64,000 nucleotides of DNA from Candidatus Lustribacter sp. (lineage in GTDB: Bacteria > Vulcanimicrobiota > Vulcanimicrobiia > Vulcanimicrobiales > Vulcanimicrobiaceae), in the NCBI GenBank assembly GCA_965277805.1, contig OZ255842.1, positions 3,744,001-3,808,000 of the forward strand, given 5' to 3'. The notes under the pieces were generated by a model. That model was given only the letters and a program-made list of their open reading frames with translations. It was not told the origin of the DNA and did not search any database. A program made the translations under genes and the position numbers. Positions 46,372 to 55,549 of this stretch are shown in pieces. Every line of letters starts with the position of its first letter. Positions within the stretch are counted from its first letter, which is position 1.

Positions 46372-47445
46372 TTACGAGACGCTGCCGACGGCGCGGGGGT
46401 CGGCAGCGGCGAGGTCTTTAAAGTCGAAGGTGCATGATTTTCCCGGTTGCGGGGGGACGCCGGGGCCGTCGAAGTGTTCGAATTCTTTGGGAACGTTGCG
46501 AAAGTTCTTGCCGGCGGGCCAGAGGCGGATGAAGCGGCGGATGCGTTCGGGTTCGGGATAGTTCGTGAAGCCGGCGCGGGCGTGCATGACCGTGTAGTTG
46601 TCGATCACGAGCATGTCGCCGCGTTCGAGATCGAATTCCAGGCGGAACTCCGGCATGCGCGCGACTTCGTCGAACAGGTCGAGCGCGTGGATGTCGTCCT
46701 CGCCGAGCGGGACACCGTTCGCGCGATGACCGGCCGCGATGCCGGTGCGCTGGTAATGCACGGAGACCTGACCGTCCACGTTCGCAAACACCGGAACGCG
46801 ATAGCGCGTCACCGGCGGCGCGCCGTCGGCTTCTTCACCAAGCAAGTGATAGTAGTAACCGCCGTACAACAGCGCCAGCGCATGCGGGTCGCGGCGCGCG
46901 ATCTCGTCGTGAATGCTGATGCCGCTGCCGATCGTCGAGCGGCCGCCCGTCATCGCTTTGTGCCAGCACGCGAGCGCGAGCATGTCGGTGATGTCGGTGT
47001 GCAAGCGCAACTCGACGTTGCTGCGATACATGCGCGGCGTCGGATCGACCGCCGTCGCGTCGACCACCTCGGTAATGCGTTCGCCCGACGCGTTCTGCGA
47101 GAGCATCTCGCCGCCGAAGTAACGACCGATGCCCCACACGGCGGCGCGAAACTCATCGAGCGTGAACGCGTCGTCCAGCGGCAGGCCACGCAGGATCGTG
47201 AAGCCGAGTCCGGAGCGCACGGCGTCGTAGGCGGAATCGAGCTTCGCCGCCAGCGGGCCGAACGCGAATTCTTCTTTCGCCAGCTCATCGATCGGCGCAG
47301 CGAGCCGGCCGCGCTCGCGCAGGGTGCGCATCGCGCCGGCGATCTCTTGCCGGTCGGCTGGGGTCAACTGCACGACGTACCGGCCCGCCTCGCTTCCGAG
47401 CGAATTGCGGGTCCAGGCCGCCGGATCGCGTGTGAACGTGCTCAT
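46372..47445 (-). CDS. TauD/TfdA family Fe(II)/2-oxoglutarate dioxygenase
   Basis: LHTD, LERGD..DNYTVMHAR, R...RLW. Confidence 0.85.
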   Translation of the reverse strand: MSTFTRDPAAWTRNSLGSEAGRYVVQLTPADRQEIAGAMRTLRERGRLAAPIDELAKEEFAFGPLAAKLDSAYDAVRSGLGFTILRGLPLDDAFTLDEFRAAVWGIGRYFGGEMLSQNASGERITEVVDATAVDPTPRMYRSNVELRLHTDITDMLALACWHKAMTGGRSTIGSGISIHDEIARRDPHALALLYGGYYYHLLGEEADGAPPVTRYRVPVFANVDGQVSVHYQRTGIAAGHRANGVPLGEDDIHALDLFDEVARMPEFRLEFDLERGDMLVIDNYTVMHARAGFTNYPEPERIRRFIRLWPAGKNFRNVPKEFEHFDGPGVPPQPGKSCTFDFKDLAAADPRAVGSVS

Positions 47446-47595
47446 CTTCCCCCGGCTACTATCACGCCGGAGCAGGAGCGACCTTCGTGGAGAAAATTAC
47501 CACTCAAGGAGGGCGCCGCTTGAGCAGGCACTGAGCCGAAGCAGAGGCAAATCACACTTTTCACCTGCTGACCGATTACGAGGAACATCGCCAAG

Positions 47596-48606
47596 ATGGC
47601 GAACCCGCGATTCCAAACGAACGGTGTCGATCTACTGATCGACAGCCTTTCCGCTGCCGGTGAAGCCGCCGGTGACATTCGCGAGCGGCTGTGGCAAGTC
47701 GCGTGGGCGCGCGGCTACCAGGATGTCGTCGTTCCGATCCCCGTCCCCGACGTCAAGATCGAGGGCTTTTGCGTTCTCGTCCGGCGCTTCTCGGCGCAGC
47801 ACACGCTGGTGTGCGTCGACGACGGCGAGCAACTCGTCGGCCTCGTCGATCGCATCGACGAACCGCCGCTGGGCGCCAAAGTCCGCATGCAGCCGCTCTA
47901 CGGAGCGGCCGCGCATTGGGGGTTCAAGGTCCTCGCGACGCTCGGCTGCGGGCTGACGATTCGTTTCGACGACGAGCACGTCGAGTCGGGCTGGGTCGAC
48001 CGCCTCAAGAATTCCCTGAGCGAGATCCGCGAGCGCGAAGTCGCCCTGCGGCGCCAGATCGAAATCGATCGCAGCAACATCGTCTTCGTCCTTCCGCCGG
48101 CGCCGTTTCGCGTCGAAATGGAGCGGGCCGACAAAGAAATTCGGGATCGCGTCACCGGCGGCGGTTACACCGACGAGGAAGCGAGAGCGCTCGCCCGGGC
48201 CAAGAACAATCAGGCCGAGGTCGCCAAGGTGATCGCGGCGCGCGACAAGCGGCTGGTCGACGCCTACCGCATCGAAGTGACGCAGTTCCGCGCCCAGATC
48301 CCCGAACTGCGCGCCGAGTACGACAAGAAGATGGAAGCCTACGCGGAGTTCCGCAAGCAGATCGATCGCTGCAACGAGACCGACGGTGCGAGCCGTTCGA
48401 TCACCGATGCGAGCCTACGGGCGACGCAGCAGCTCGAGACGATCGAACAAGCCGTGCTCAACGTCCACGCCAAGGATCTCGACCGGATCGAAGAAAATCC
48501 GCGCGCTCACTTCTCCGAGATCATACAGACCATCGATCTGCTGTTCGAACTCCTACCGAAGAAACTTCAGAAACAGGGCGCTGCGGCAGCATCGGGCGCA
48601 AAGTAA
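47596..48606 (+). CDS. Hypothetical protein: N-terminal alpha/beta domain plus long coiled coil
   Basis: 336-aa ORF with typical codon usage and GAGGA upstream; no recognised motif. Confidence 0.75.
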   Translation: MANPRFQTNGVDLLIDSLSAAGEAAGDIRERLWQVAWARGYQDVVVPIPVPDVKIEGFCVLVRRFSAQHTLVCVDDGEQLVGLVDRIDEPPLGAKVRMQPLYGAAAHWGFKVLATLGCGLTIRFDDEHVESGWVDRLKNSLSEIREREVALRRQIEIDRSNIVFVLPPAPFRVEMERADKEIRDRVTGGGYTDEEARALARAKNNQAEVAKVIAARDKRLVDAYRIEVTQFRAQIPELRAEYDKKMEAYAEFRKQIDRCNETDGASRSITDASLRATQQLETIEQAVLNVHAKDLDRIEENPRAHFSEIIQTIDLLFELLPKKLQKQGAAAASGAK

Positions 48607-49336
48607 CGACCACCGGCGCCCGCCGCAAAGCCCGGTACTGCACCCAGCTCGTGCGGACCAGGAACCCCGCCAGCACCACGTACCAGGCGAACTGCCAGGT
48701 CCGGGTCACGGCCACGGCGATCAGCCCGCCGGCCGCAAAACAGAATCCGAAGCCGATGCCGACCAGGGCCGCCGTCGCCGTGGCCCCGTCGCGATTGCCG
48801 CGCAGCTGCCAGAGCAGCGCGCGTAACACGCGTCCGCCGTCCATCGGGTAGCCCGGGATCAGGTTGAACCCCGCCAGCACGGCATTGGCGAACGTGACAT
48901 AGGCCAAGATCGACGCGGCCGCGTCGGTGAAGCGGAGCGGGACAACCGCATCGACGCCGTGCATCGCGGCAAAGGCGGCTAGCGCGATGGCCGCGCTCAT
49001 CGCCGGACCGGCCAGCGCGACGGCGGCATCGGCGAGCGGGGTCGGCGGTTCGGCTTCGAGCGTTGCAACGCCGCCGAAGAGAAAGAGCGCGATCGAGGTC
49101 GTCCGCACGCCGAACCGGCGCGCGGTAAGCGCGTGCGCCAGCTCGTGCGCGACGACGCTGGCAAAGAGCACGAGCGCTGCAGCGGCGCCGACGGCATAGG
49201 CACCGGCAGCGCCGAGCGCACCGATCGGCGCGGCGTTGGCAATCGTTACCGCCACCAGCGCATAGATCGGAAACCACGACGCGTGAACGTCGAGACGAAT
49301 GCCAAACAGACGACCGATCGGAAATGCGCGAGACAT
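48521..49336 (-). CDS. Site-2 protease (M50 family)
   Basis: HELAH, FGGVA, NLIPGYPMDGGR; TM helices. Confidence 0.9.
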   Translation of the reverse strand: MSRAFPIGRLFGIRLDVHASWFPIYALVAVTIANAAPIGALGAAGAYAVGAAAALVLFASVVAHELAHALTARRFGVRTTSIALFLFGGVATLEAEPPTPLADAAVALAGPAMSAAIALAAFAAMHGVDAVVPLRFTDAAASILAYVTFANAVLAGFNLIPGYPMDGGRVLRALLWQLRGNRDGATATAALVGIGFGFCFAAGGLIAVAVTRTWQFAWYVVLAGFLVRTSWVQYRALRRAPVVVTLRPMLPQRPVSEVSSVGVRTADRWSV

Positions 49337-49380
49337 CGTTTACGTCACGTTCGAGCACACGTGGCGCGAGCGCCTGCGAC

Positions 49381-50478
49381 TTATGGTGTGTCGTTGGTTA
49401 CGACTTCGTCCAAAACGTCGAAGTTACGCTGCGCGAGTTGCTCGGTTTCGGCGGCTACGGAGCGCAGGTGAACGGCTAATTCGTCGCGCCGCTGCCAAGC
49501 GTCGTCGATGCGCGCGATCACGTCTTTCACCGGCGCTTTGTCGCCCGGCGTGAAGAGCGGCGGCAGCGGATAGCGCAGATCGTCGAGCAGTGCCGTGACC
49601 TTGGGGTCGTAGGGCACGGCGGAAAACGGCACGGCCAAGCGCGCCGCGATGATCAGCGCATGGAGGCGCATCCCGATCACGAGCGATGCGTGACCGATGA
49701 TCTGCGCCGCTTGGCCCAAACTCATCGCGGGCAGCAGCAGCGGCGCCGATTTCGCGCGCCGGATGACGCTTGTCGACACGTCGGCGTCGGAGGGGCCGCC
49801 GAGCGGCAAGAACGCGATCTGCGCGCCATGCTCGTCCGCTAAGCGATCGACCGCAGCCGCCAGCGACGTGATCGTCGCTTCGTTATGGGGCCAGCGGCGC
49901 ACCGAAACGACGACCAGCGGGCCGGGGCCGCCGAGGCCCTCCGCCGCCAAGTCGAGCGGCGCCGTGCCGGGTTCGAACAGAAAGACGGGATCGGCGGTAC
50001 GCTCGACGCGCACCTTCGGCAACAGTGTGGAGAGCAGCCGGCGCGAGCGCTCGTCGCGCACGGTCGCCGCCGTAACTCCGCCGCAGCACGCGCGCACGAC
50101 GGCGCGGCCGAACACATCGAGCGGCCCGATCGATTGCGCGAAGATCATCGTCTTCTTGTTGGCCCGCGTCGCGGTGCGCACGATGCCGGCGTAGTAGAGC
50201 AGGCTGCGCAGGCTCGTGACGTTCTGGAGCAGCCCGCCGCCGCCCGAAAGCACGACGTCGGAGCGATCGATCGCGCGGCGGACGGCGCCGAGATCCATGC
50301 GCGGCGTCGACTCAACGTTCAAGCGCGCGCTGGTCGCCGCCGGATCGGCGCTGAGCACGTCGATCGAACCGTTCGGATAGACGGCCCGCAAGCGCGCCAC
50401 GATCACGTCGAGCAGAGCCTCGTCGCCAAGGTTGCCGAAGCCGTAGTAACCGGAAATCAGCACCCGCGGTCCGTTCAC
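49381..50478 (-). CDS. csaB: Polysaccharide pyruvyl transferase
   Basis: ISGYYGFGNLGDEA, GGGGLLQ.VTS.RSL.YY, VRD, GMRLH, YDPKV. Confidence 0.9.
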   Translation of the reverse strand: MNGPRVLISGYYGFGNLGDEALLDVIVARLRAVYPNGSIDVLSADPAATSARLNVESTPRMDLGAVRRAIDRSDVVLSGGGGLLQNVTSLRSLLYYAGIVRTATRANKKTMIFAQSIGPLDVFGRAVVRACCGGVTAATVRDERSRRLLSTLLPKVRVERTADPVFLFEPGTAPLDLAAEGLGGPGPLVVVSVRRWPHNEATITSLAAAVDRLADEHGAQIAFLPLGGPSDADVSTSVIRRAKSAPLLLPAMSLGQAAQIIGHASLVIGMRLHALIIAARLAVPFSAVPYDPKVTALLDDLRYPLPPLFTPGDKAPVKDVIARIDDAWQRRDELAVHLRSVAAETEQLAQRNFDVLDEVVTNDTP

Positions 50479-52454
50479 TCAAGCCGCCGCAGCCGGCGGT
50501 AGACGAAGATGACGATCGCACCGATGATCGCGCCGAGGACGCCGCCGTTGACCACCCGTTCGGCGCCGACCAAGAGCGGCGTGTGCAAGTGCGAGAACGT
50601 GTCGATCAAGTCGCCCAGACCCATGCCGCCGGCCAGCACGAAGAGCCAGCCCCACCGGCGGCGATCGACGGCGTTGAGCGCCGGCACGAGCATCAACGCG
50701 GGCCACGCGACGACGAACTCTTTGAAGCGCGGCCGCACTTGCAGAATCGTCGTCAGGTGCGAGCGCAGCGCCAGCTCGAACGACGACGGCGCGATATCGC
50801 TCTGGTTGCCGCTGCGCTGCAGTACGATGTACGCGCCGGCGACGAGCACGAGCCCGACCAGCAGCTGGATCACGCGCACCGGCGTTTCCGCTGCCGTGCG
50901 CGGATCGATCTTCGCACCGAAGCGATCGGTGAAGAAATACAGGCCGAGCGCGATCAGCGGCGGCAACACCAGTACGTACTTCACGCCGAGGAAGCGATCG
51001 ATCTCGGTCATCGTCAGCAACGTGCTGAGCAAGCCGACGATTGCGAGCGCGCCGCCGAGCGTGACCGCAACCGCCGTCACGAGCGCGATCAGGCCGCGCA
51101 GGTACACGTTCGCCGTGCGCAGCCACGGCGGCGACTCGCCGCGAAACGCCCAGCCCACGGCCAGCATGCCGGCCGCGGAGAACGTCAGCCCCGCCCCGAG
51201 CGCGAGCACTTTGCGCACGACGATGTCGTGATGCGTCACGTACCCTGCCGCGACAAGGAGCAGATCGGCCAGGACGAAAGCCGCGATCCACGCGGTGCCG
51301 CCGATACCGAACGCTTCGAGGATGAGCAAGAGGCTCGCCGGCACGGCCAGCGAGGCCAGCGCGATCGTCAGCGGCGAAATCTTGAACTCGCCGAAGGCCG
51401 AGGCCGATGCGATGCGGCGGTGATCGGCGCGAATGCCCTGCGCGATGCGCCGCACGATCTCGACGTTGGTGGCCTCGATCGAGCGGCCGTTCCACGAGTG
51501 ATAGTACGGGCGCAGGTAGACGACGCGGATGTTGCGCTCGTTCACGCCGAGCAGATAGCGCGCGATGATCTCTTCGGGGTTCAGCTTGTCGGCTTCGGGC
51601 TTGGCGATCGCTTGCACGCGCACCAGGCGCTCGGGCATCCGGCGCGCCAGGTCGGAATCGCCGAGCTGTTCTTGCTTCGGATCGTACGTCTCGACGACGC
51701 CGAAGTTGAGGTGATCGGCAGTCAGCGCGGCGGCCGCCTCCGCGGTGTGGTCGGGATAACCCAGCACTTCGTTTTTCAGCCCGAAGAAGATCACCGTTCG
51801 CGCGCGCTGACCTTGCGTCGCGTCGTCGAGCACCGCGCGGATACGCGACGGCGTGAACCCTTCATCGTTCTGCAGGCGCGGCACGAGCAGCAAACCGTAG
51901 CGCTTGGCGAGCGCAACGCGGTCGAACGGCAGCCCGAACGTCTCCGCATCGAAAAAGTCGCTGGTCGTTCGCACCGCCCACACGGCCGGCAGCTTTGCGC
52001 GCAGCAAACGGATCGCGCGCGCGTCAAAGTGCAGCGGCAGCTGCTCCGCATAGCGCTGCGCGGTGGGCGCATCGTAGGCGACCAAGTACATCGTATCGCT
52101 GCGGATGCCGTTCGTGCGTGCGAGTCCGGCGAAGAGCGGGTCCGCCAGCGTACCGACACGCGCTTGGTCGAGCAGCGCGCCGCCGCTGAAAACCGTTGCC
52201 GTCCCGGCGGCCTGAATGTTGGCACCGAGTTCTTCGCTTACCGCGAGCGACGTCAGGCCCGCGCGGCGCAGTTCGGTGAGGAAGGCGCCTTCGTTATAGG
52301 CGTAGGCCTTGGTGAGGGCGCTGAAGTCGCCGTCGTCCATCACGATCTCGACGTTGCGGTTTGCGGTCTCGCGGTGCTCGCGCCGGGCGGTCACGTAGAG
52401 CGCGGCCAGCAAACCGATGGCCAGAATAATAAGAACGATTCGCCGGGAAGTCAC
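50475..52454 (-). CDS. DUF5693-like integral membrane protein
   Basis: ERNIRVVYLRP, FLGVK, RSGN, RPRFKEF, DTFSHLHTP; coupled to csaB. Confidence 0.75.
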   Translation of the reverse strand: MTSRRIVLIILAIGLLAALYVTARREHRETANRNVEIVMDDGDFSALTKAYAYNEGAFLTELRRAGLTSLAVSEELGANIQAAGTATVFSGGALLDQARVGTLADPLFAGLARTNGIRSDTMYLVAYDAPTAQRYAEQLPLHFDARAIRLLRAKLPAVWAVRTTSDFFDAETFGLPFDRVALAKRYGLLLVPRLQNDEGFTPSRIRAVLDDATQGQRARTVIFFGLKNEVLGYPDHTAEAAAALTADHLNFGVVETYDPKQEQLGDSDLARRMPERLVRVQAIAKPEADKLNPEEIIARYLLGVNERNIRVVYLRPYYHSWNGRSIEATNVEIVRRIAQGIRADHRRIASASAFGEFKISPLTIALASLAVPASLLLILEAFGIGGTAWIAAFVLADLLLVAAGYVTHHDIVVRKVLALGAGLTFSAAGMLAVGWAFRGESPPWLRTANVYLRGLIALVTAVAVTLGGALAIVGLLSTLLTMTEIDRFLGVKYVLVLPPLIALGLYFFTDRFGAKIDPRTAAETPVRVIQLLVGLVLVAGAYIVLQRSGNQSDIAPSSFELALRSHLTTILQVRPRFKEFVVAWPALMLVPALNAVDRRRWGWLFVLAGGMGLGDLIDTFSHLHTPLLVGAERVVNGGVLGAIIGAIVIFVYRRLRRLE

Positions 52455-52474
52455 CGGATGGCGGTTTCGCTAGG

Positions 52475-52508
52475 AAAAACAACAAGGCCCGCAGAGCGAG
52501 CCTTGCTG
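52475..52508 (-). terminator. Intrinsic terminator 20 nt upstream of the DUF5693 start
   Basis: CAGCAAGGCUCGC-UCU-GCGGGCCUUGUUG 13-bp stem followed by UUUUU. Confidence 0.8.
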
Positions 52509-52600
52509 CCGTCGCGTAGTAGGTTGCCCTACTACCGGGTGTGGGCGACGATTATACATCGGAGCCGCGCGCCCACCGTCGCGGTGTACGAATGTTGTGC
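52475..52600 (-). ncRNA. Candidate structured sRNA or attenuator leader
   Basis: Bounded by a promoter and a terminator; perfect 8-bp hairpin with GCAA loop at 52516-52535; alternative stems. Confidence 0.55.
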
Positions 52601-52606
52601 CGCTGC

Positions 52607-52635
52607 AGAATAGCAATCCTTTGGACGTTCGTCAA
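52607..52635 (-). promoter_or_regulatory. Sigma70-type promoter
   Basis: TTGACG-N17-TATTCT with extended TG. Confidence 0.7.
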
Positions 52636-52697
52636 GTTCGCGTCTGCCCTTTGGTGAACGTGTTCATGCACAGCTTTTCTGGCAAAACGTCGAGAAG

Positions 52698-53489
52698 TCA
52701 GCGATTTTCGGGGACCCATGGGATCACGCGTTTTTCGATCGCGCCGGCGATTGCGAACAGCGTCGAGCCGATGATTCCGGCGGTCACGAGACCGGCAACG
52801 GATTGGCTGATCGATAGCGTCGTCCACGAATTCCAGATCAGATGTCCGATGCCGTTGTCGGCGACGAGGAACTCAACCGCGACGGTGTTGAGCAATGCGA
52901 GACCGACGGAAAGCTTCACGCCGCCCATGATCACCGGCAGCGCGGCCGGAAACATCACATCGAAATACAGATCGCGCGGACGCGCTCCGAAGCTGTTCGC
53001 AACTTCTTTGTAGATCGGCTCGACGTTGAGCACCGCCGCCATCGTCGTGATGATCATCGTGAAGAACGGCCCGAGCGAAATCAAGATGACGTTCGAGGTT
53101 TCGTTGAGGCCGACCAGGATCAGGATGATCGGAAAGAGCGCGATGCGCGGCAACGGATAAAATGCCGCCACGAGCGGGGCCACAATCGAGCGCGTCCACG
53201 GCGAGACGCCCATCGCGAGACCGATCAGCGTGCCCGGGATGAGGCCGACGAAAAACCCGACGAAGAAACGCGAGAGCGTGATGCCGGCCGTGTTCAGCAA
53301 ACCGCCGGTTTGGATCAGCTGCACGATCGTCGCCGCGATTACCGTCGGCGGGGCGAGGATGCGCCGGTCGACGATGTTCATGCGCGAGCAGAATTCCCAA
53401 ATGATCAGCACGACCAGCGGGCTGACGACGACCATGATGCGGTCGCGCTGCTGCGCTGTCATCTTCTTCTTGGGTTTAAGCGACGTCAC
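52698..53489 (-). CDS. ABC transporter permease, NitT/TauT family
   Basis: PLPRIALFP, ANSFGA EAA-like loop, PAALP, E..VADNGIG. Confidence 0.9.
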   Translation of the reverse strand: MTSLKPKKKMTAQQRDRIMVVVSPLVVLIIWEFCSRMNIVDRRILAPPTVIAATIVQLIQTGGLLNTAGITLSRFFVGFFVGLIPGTLIGLAMGVSPWTRSIVAPLVAAFYPLPRIALFPIILILVGLNETSNVILISLGPFFTMIITTMAAVLNVEPIYKEVANSFGARPRDLYFDVMFPAALPVIMGGVKLSVGLALLNTVAVEFLVADNGIGHLIWNSWTTLSISQSVAGLVTAGIIGSTLFAIAGAIEKRVIPWVPENR

Positions 53490-54273
53490 TTGAGATCTCG
53501 CGTTGGCGGAGGGTGAGGACTTCCTCGCGCAGCGCCGTCCAGATGCGGCTGCGAATATTGAAGAAGCCTTCGTTCGATTGCATGTCGAGGACGTTACGCG
53601 GACGCGGCAGATCGACGTCGACGACGCTCTTGACCGAGCCCGGGCGGTTCGTCATCACGATGACGCGGTCGCCGAGCACGATCGCTTCATCGAGGCTGTG
53701 CGTGATGTACACAACGGTCTTGTGCGAGCCGTCCCACAAGCGCAAGAGATCCTCTTGTACGAGCAGTTTGGTCTGTTCGTCGAGACTCGCCAGCGGCTCG
53801 TCCATCAGCAAGATGGCCGGATCGTTGGCGAATGCCCGCGCGATGTTCACGCGTTGCCGCATGCCGCCCGAGAGCTGGCGCGGGTAGGCGTCGGCGAATT
53901 GGCTGAGGCCGAGCATATCGAGATAGGCGCTCGCCGCCTTCTCGCGCTCGGCGCGTCCGATGCCGCGCACCTTGAGCCCGAAGGCCGTATTCTGCAGCAC
54001 GCTCATCCACGGAAAGATACCCTGCTCCTGAAAGACGACGCTGCGCAGCGGCTTTCCGTCGTGCGCGATCGTGAAGTCGACTTCGCCGTCGGTCGGCGCT
54101 TCGAGTCCGGCAAGGATCCGCAACAGCGTCGTCTTGCCGCAGCCGCTCGGCCCGACGATGCAGAGGAACTGACCCTCCGAAATCGTCAGATCGATCGGCG
54201 CCAGCGCCTGGACATCGCCGTGGACCCCTTCGAATGTCTTGGTGACGCCGCGTACGCGGATCTCGCCGGGCAC
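53476..54273 (-). CDS. ABC transporter ATP-binding protein, NitT/TauT family
   Basis: GPSGCGKT, VFQ..FPW, LSGGMRQR, LLMDEP, ITH. Confidence 0.92.
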   Translation of the reverse strand: MPGEIRVRGVTKTFEGVHGDVQALAPIDLTISEGQFLCIVGPSGCGKTTLLRILAGLEAPTDGEVDFTIAHDGKPLRSVVFQEQGIFPWMSVLQNTAFGLKVRGIGRAEREKAASAYLDMLGLSQFADAYPRQLSGGMRQRVNIARAFANDPAILLMDEPLASLDEQTKLLVQEDLLRLWDGSHKTVVYITHSLDEAIVLGDRVIVMTNRPGSVKSVVDVDLPRPRNVLDMQSNEGFFNIRSRIWTALREEVLTLRQREISSDVA

Positions 54274-54275
54274 GC

Positions 54276-55448
54276 CTATTTCAATGCTCCGCCGAACGAA
54301 CTCGACGTGGTCCAGCCGTTGCCGTTCCAGCGCTGGATGACGGCATCGTCGATGCCCGCGCCGCGCTGCGGTTCTTTGGTGAAGTCGTAGACGCCGAGAA
54401 TGCCGGGATAGTTTTTCAGGCCCGCGATGTAGTCGCGAATTTGCGCGCCGGTCGCCGTCGGTCCGAGCTTGCGCAGCGCATCGACGGTGATCAGTCCGGC
54501 GTCCCACGTCATCCCCGACTGCAAATCGGTCTCCACGCCGGCCGCTTTCATCGCCGCGTTGTAGACGTCTTGCTGATGTTTGACTTGCGGGTTCTGCGCG
54601 ATGCCGGCGGCGTACGTCACGCCGGTGAAGTACAGCTCCTTCGGAATGAACGCCGCGTACTGCTTGAGCTGGGCCGCGACTTGGTTGGCGCTCGTCGTAA
54701 CGATCGGTACGTCGAGACCGACGTCTTGCACGGCGCGCAACGCGGTGGCGAACGGCGTGCCGGGCGCCCAGATGATCAGGGCCTGGGGGCCGGCGGCCTT
54801 GATACGCGTCAACTGCGCTGTTGCGCTGACGTCGCTCGCGGCATAACGCTCCGTATCGACCAGCTGCATCGAGCTGTTTTCGGGCAGCTTCAGCGCTTCG
54901 CCGACATCCGTGACGCCGTCTTGACCCGAAGCGTCCTGAGATGCGAGCAAGCCGAATTTTTTCCAGCCCTTCTCACGGAAGAACCGCACCGTCGCAATGA
55001 TCAGATCCTTCGTCGCAACGCTGGTCGAGAAGACGTATGACCCCTTCGGCGGATAGATGGCGGGTGAGAGGCACCAGTTGACCGGGCCTGCCTCGAAGAC
55101 CGGCGCGATCGCTTGGCACATGGCGGACAGCGACGAGCCCAAGACGATCGGCGACTGGGTTTCGGCTTGCGTCGCGAGTTGCTTCGAGACGGCCGGACTC
55201 GTCTGATCGTCGAGGAAGACGAACTTGAGCGGGCGGCCTTTGATGCCGCCGTCCTTATTGACGACGTCTTGGAGAATCTGCATCGTCTTCTCGTGCGTCT
55301 GGCCGATGAACGCACCGCCGCCGGTGAGCGGCAGAATGATCGGAATCGACACCGGCTGCGGCGCCTGTGCGACGGCAATCGAGCTGAGGAACAGCCCGCT
55401 CGCAACGAGCGCGGCACTTGCACCAATGGTCAAGCGGCGAATATTCAT
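54276..55448 (-). CDS. ABC substrate-binding protein, branched-chain amino acid (class I PBP) type
   Basis: LPLTG, VNKDGGIKGRPL..DDQ, DASG; paralog of 38981-40150. Confidence 0.85.
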   Translation of the reverse strand: MNIRRLTIGASAALVASGLFLSSIAVAQAPQPVSIPIILPLTGGGAFIGQTHEKTMQILQDVVNKDGGIKGRPLKFVFLDDQTSPAVSKQLATQAETQSPIVLGSSLSAMCQAIAPVFEAGPVNWCLSPAIYPPKGSYVFSTSVATKDLIIATVRFFREKGWKKFGLLASQDASGQDGVTDVGEALKLPENSSMQLVDTERYAASDVSATAQLTRIKAAGPQALIIWAPGTPFATALRAVQDVGLDVPIVTTSANQVAAQLKQYAAFIPKELYFTGVTYAAGIAQNPQVKHQQDVYNAAMKAAGVETDLQSGMTWDAGLITVDALRKLGPTATGAQIRDYIAGLKNYPGILGVYDFTKEPQRGAGIDDAVIQRWNGNGWTTSSSFGGALK

Positions 55449-55549
55449 TAGTCTCTCCTGCTGAAGGCGCGGTTGGCGCAGTTTTGCGCGCCGTGACAGG
55501 GGGCCTTCGTCTCCGGCGCAAGGCAACGCAGAGAAGTTTCGTTACCCCG

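Noticed and set aside
47550-47580. Sigma-28 promoter upstream of the 47596 ORF (ACCGATTA)
   Set aside because: No acceptable -35 element at the expected spacing.
52516-52540. c-di-GMP-II riboswitch (TAGTAGnGCAACC resemblance) or guanidine-II riboswitch (two ACGG motifs)
   Set aside because: The 5' kink-turn and pseudoknot elements of c-di-GMP-II are not evident and the segment forms its own perfect hairpin; the ACGG motifs are not loops of closed stems.
52470-52559. 29-aa leader peptide MYNRRPHP... on the minus strand
   Set aside because: No SD, no run of a regulatory amino acid, and it runs through the terminator.
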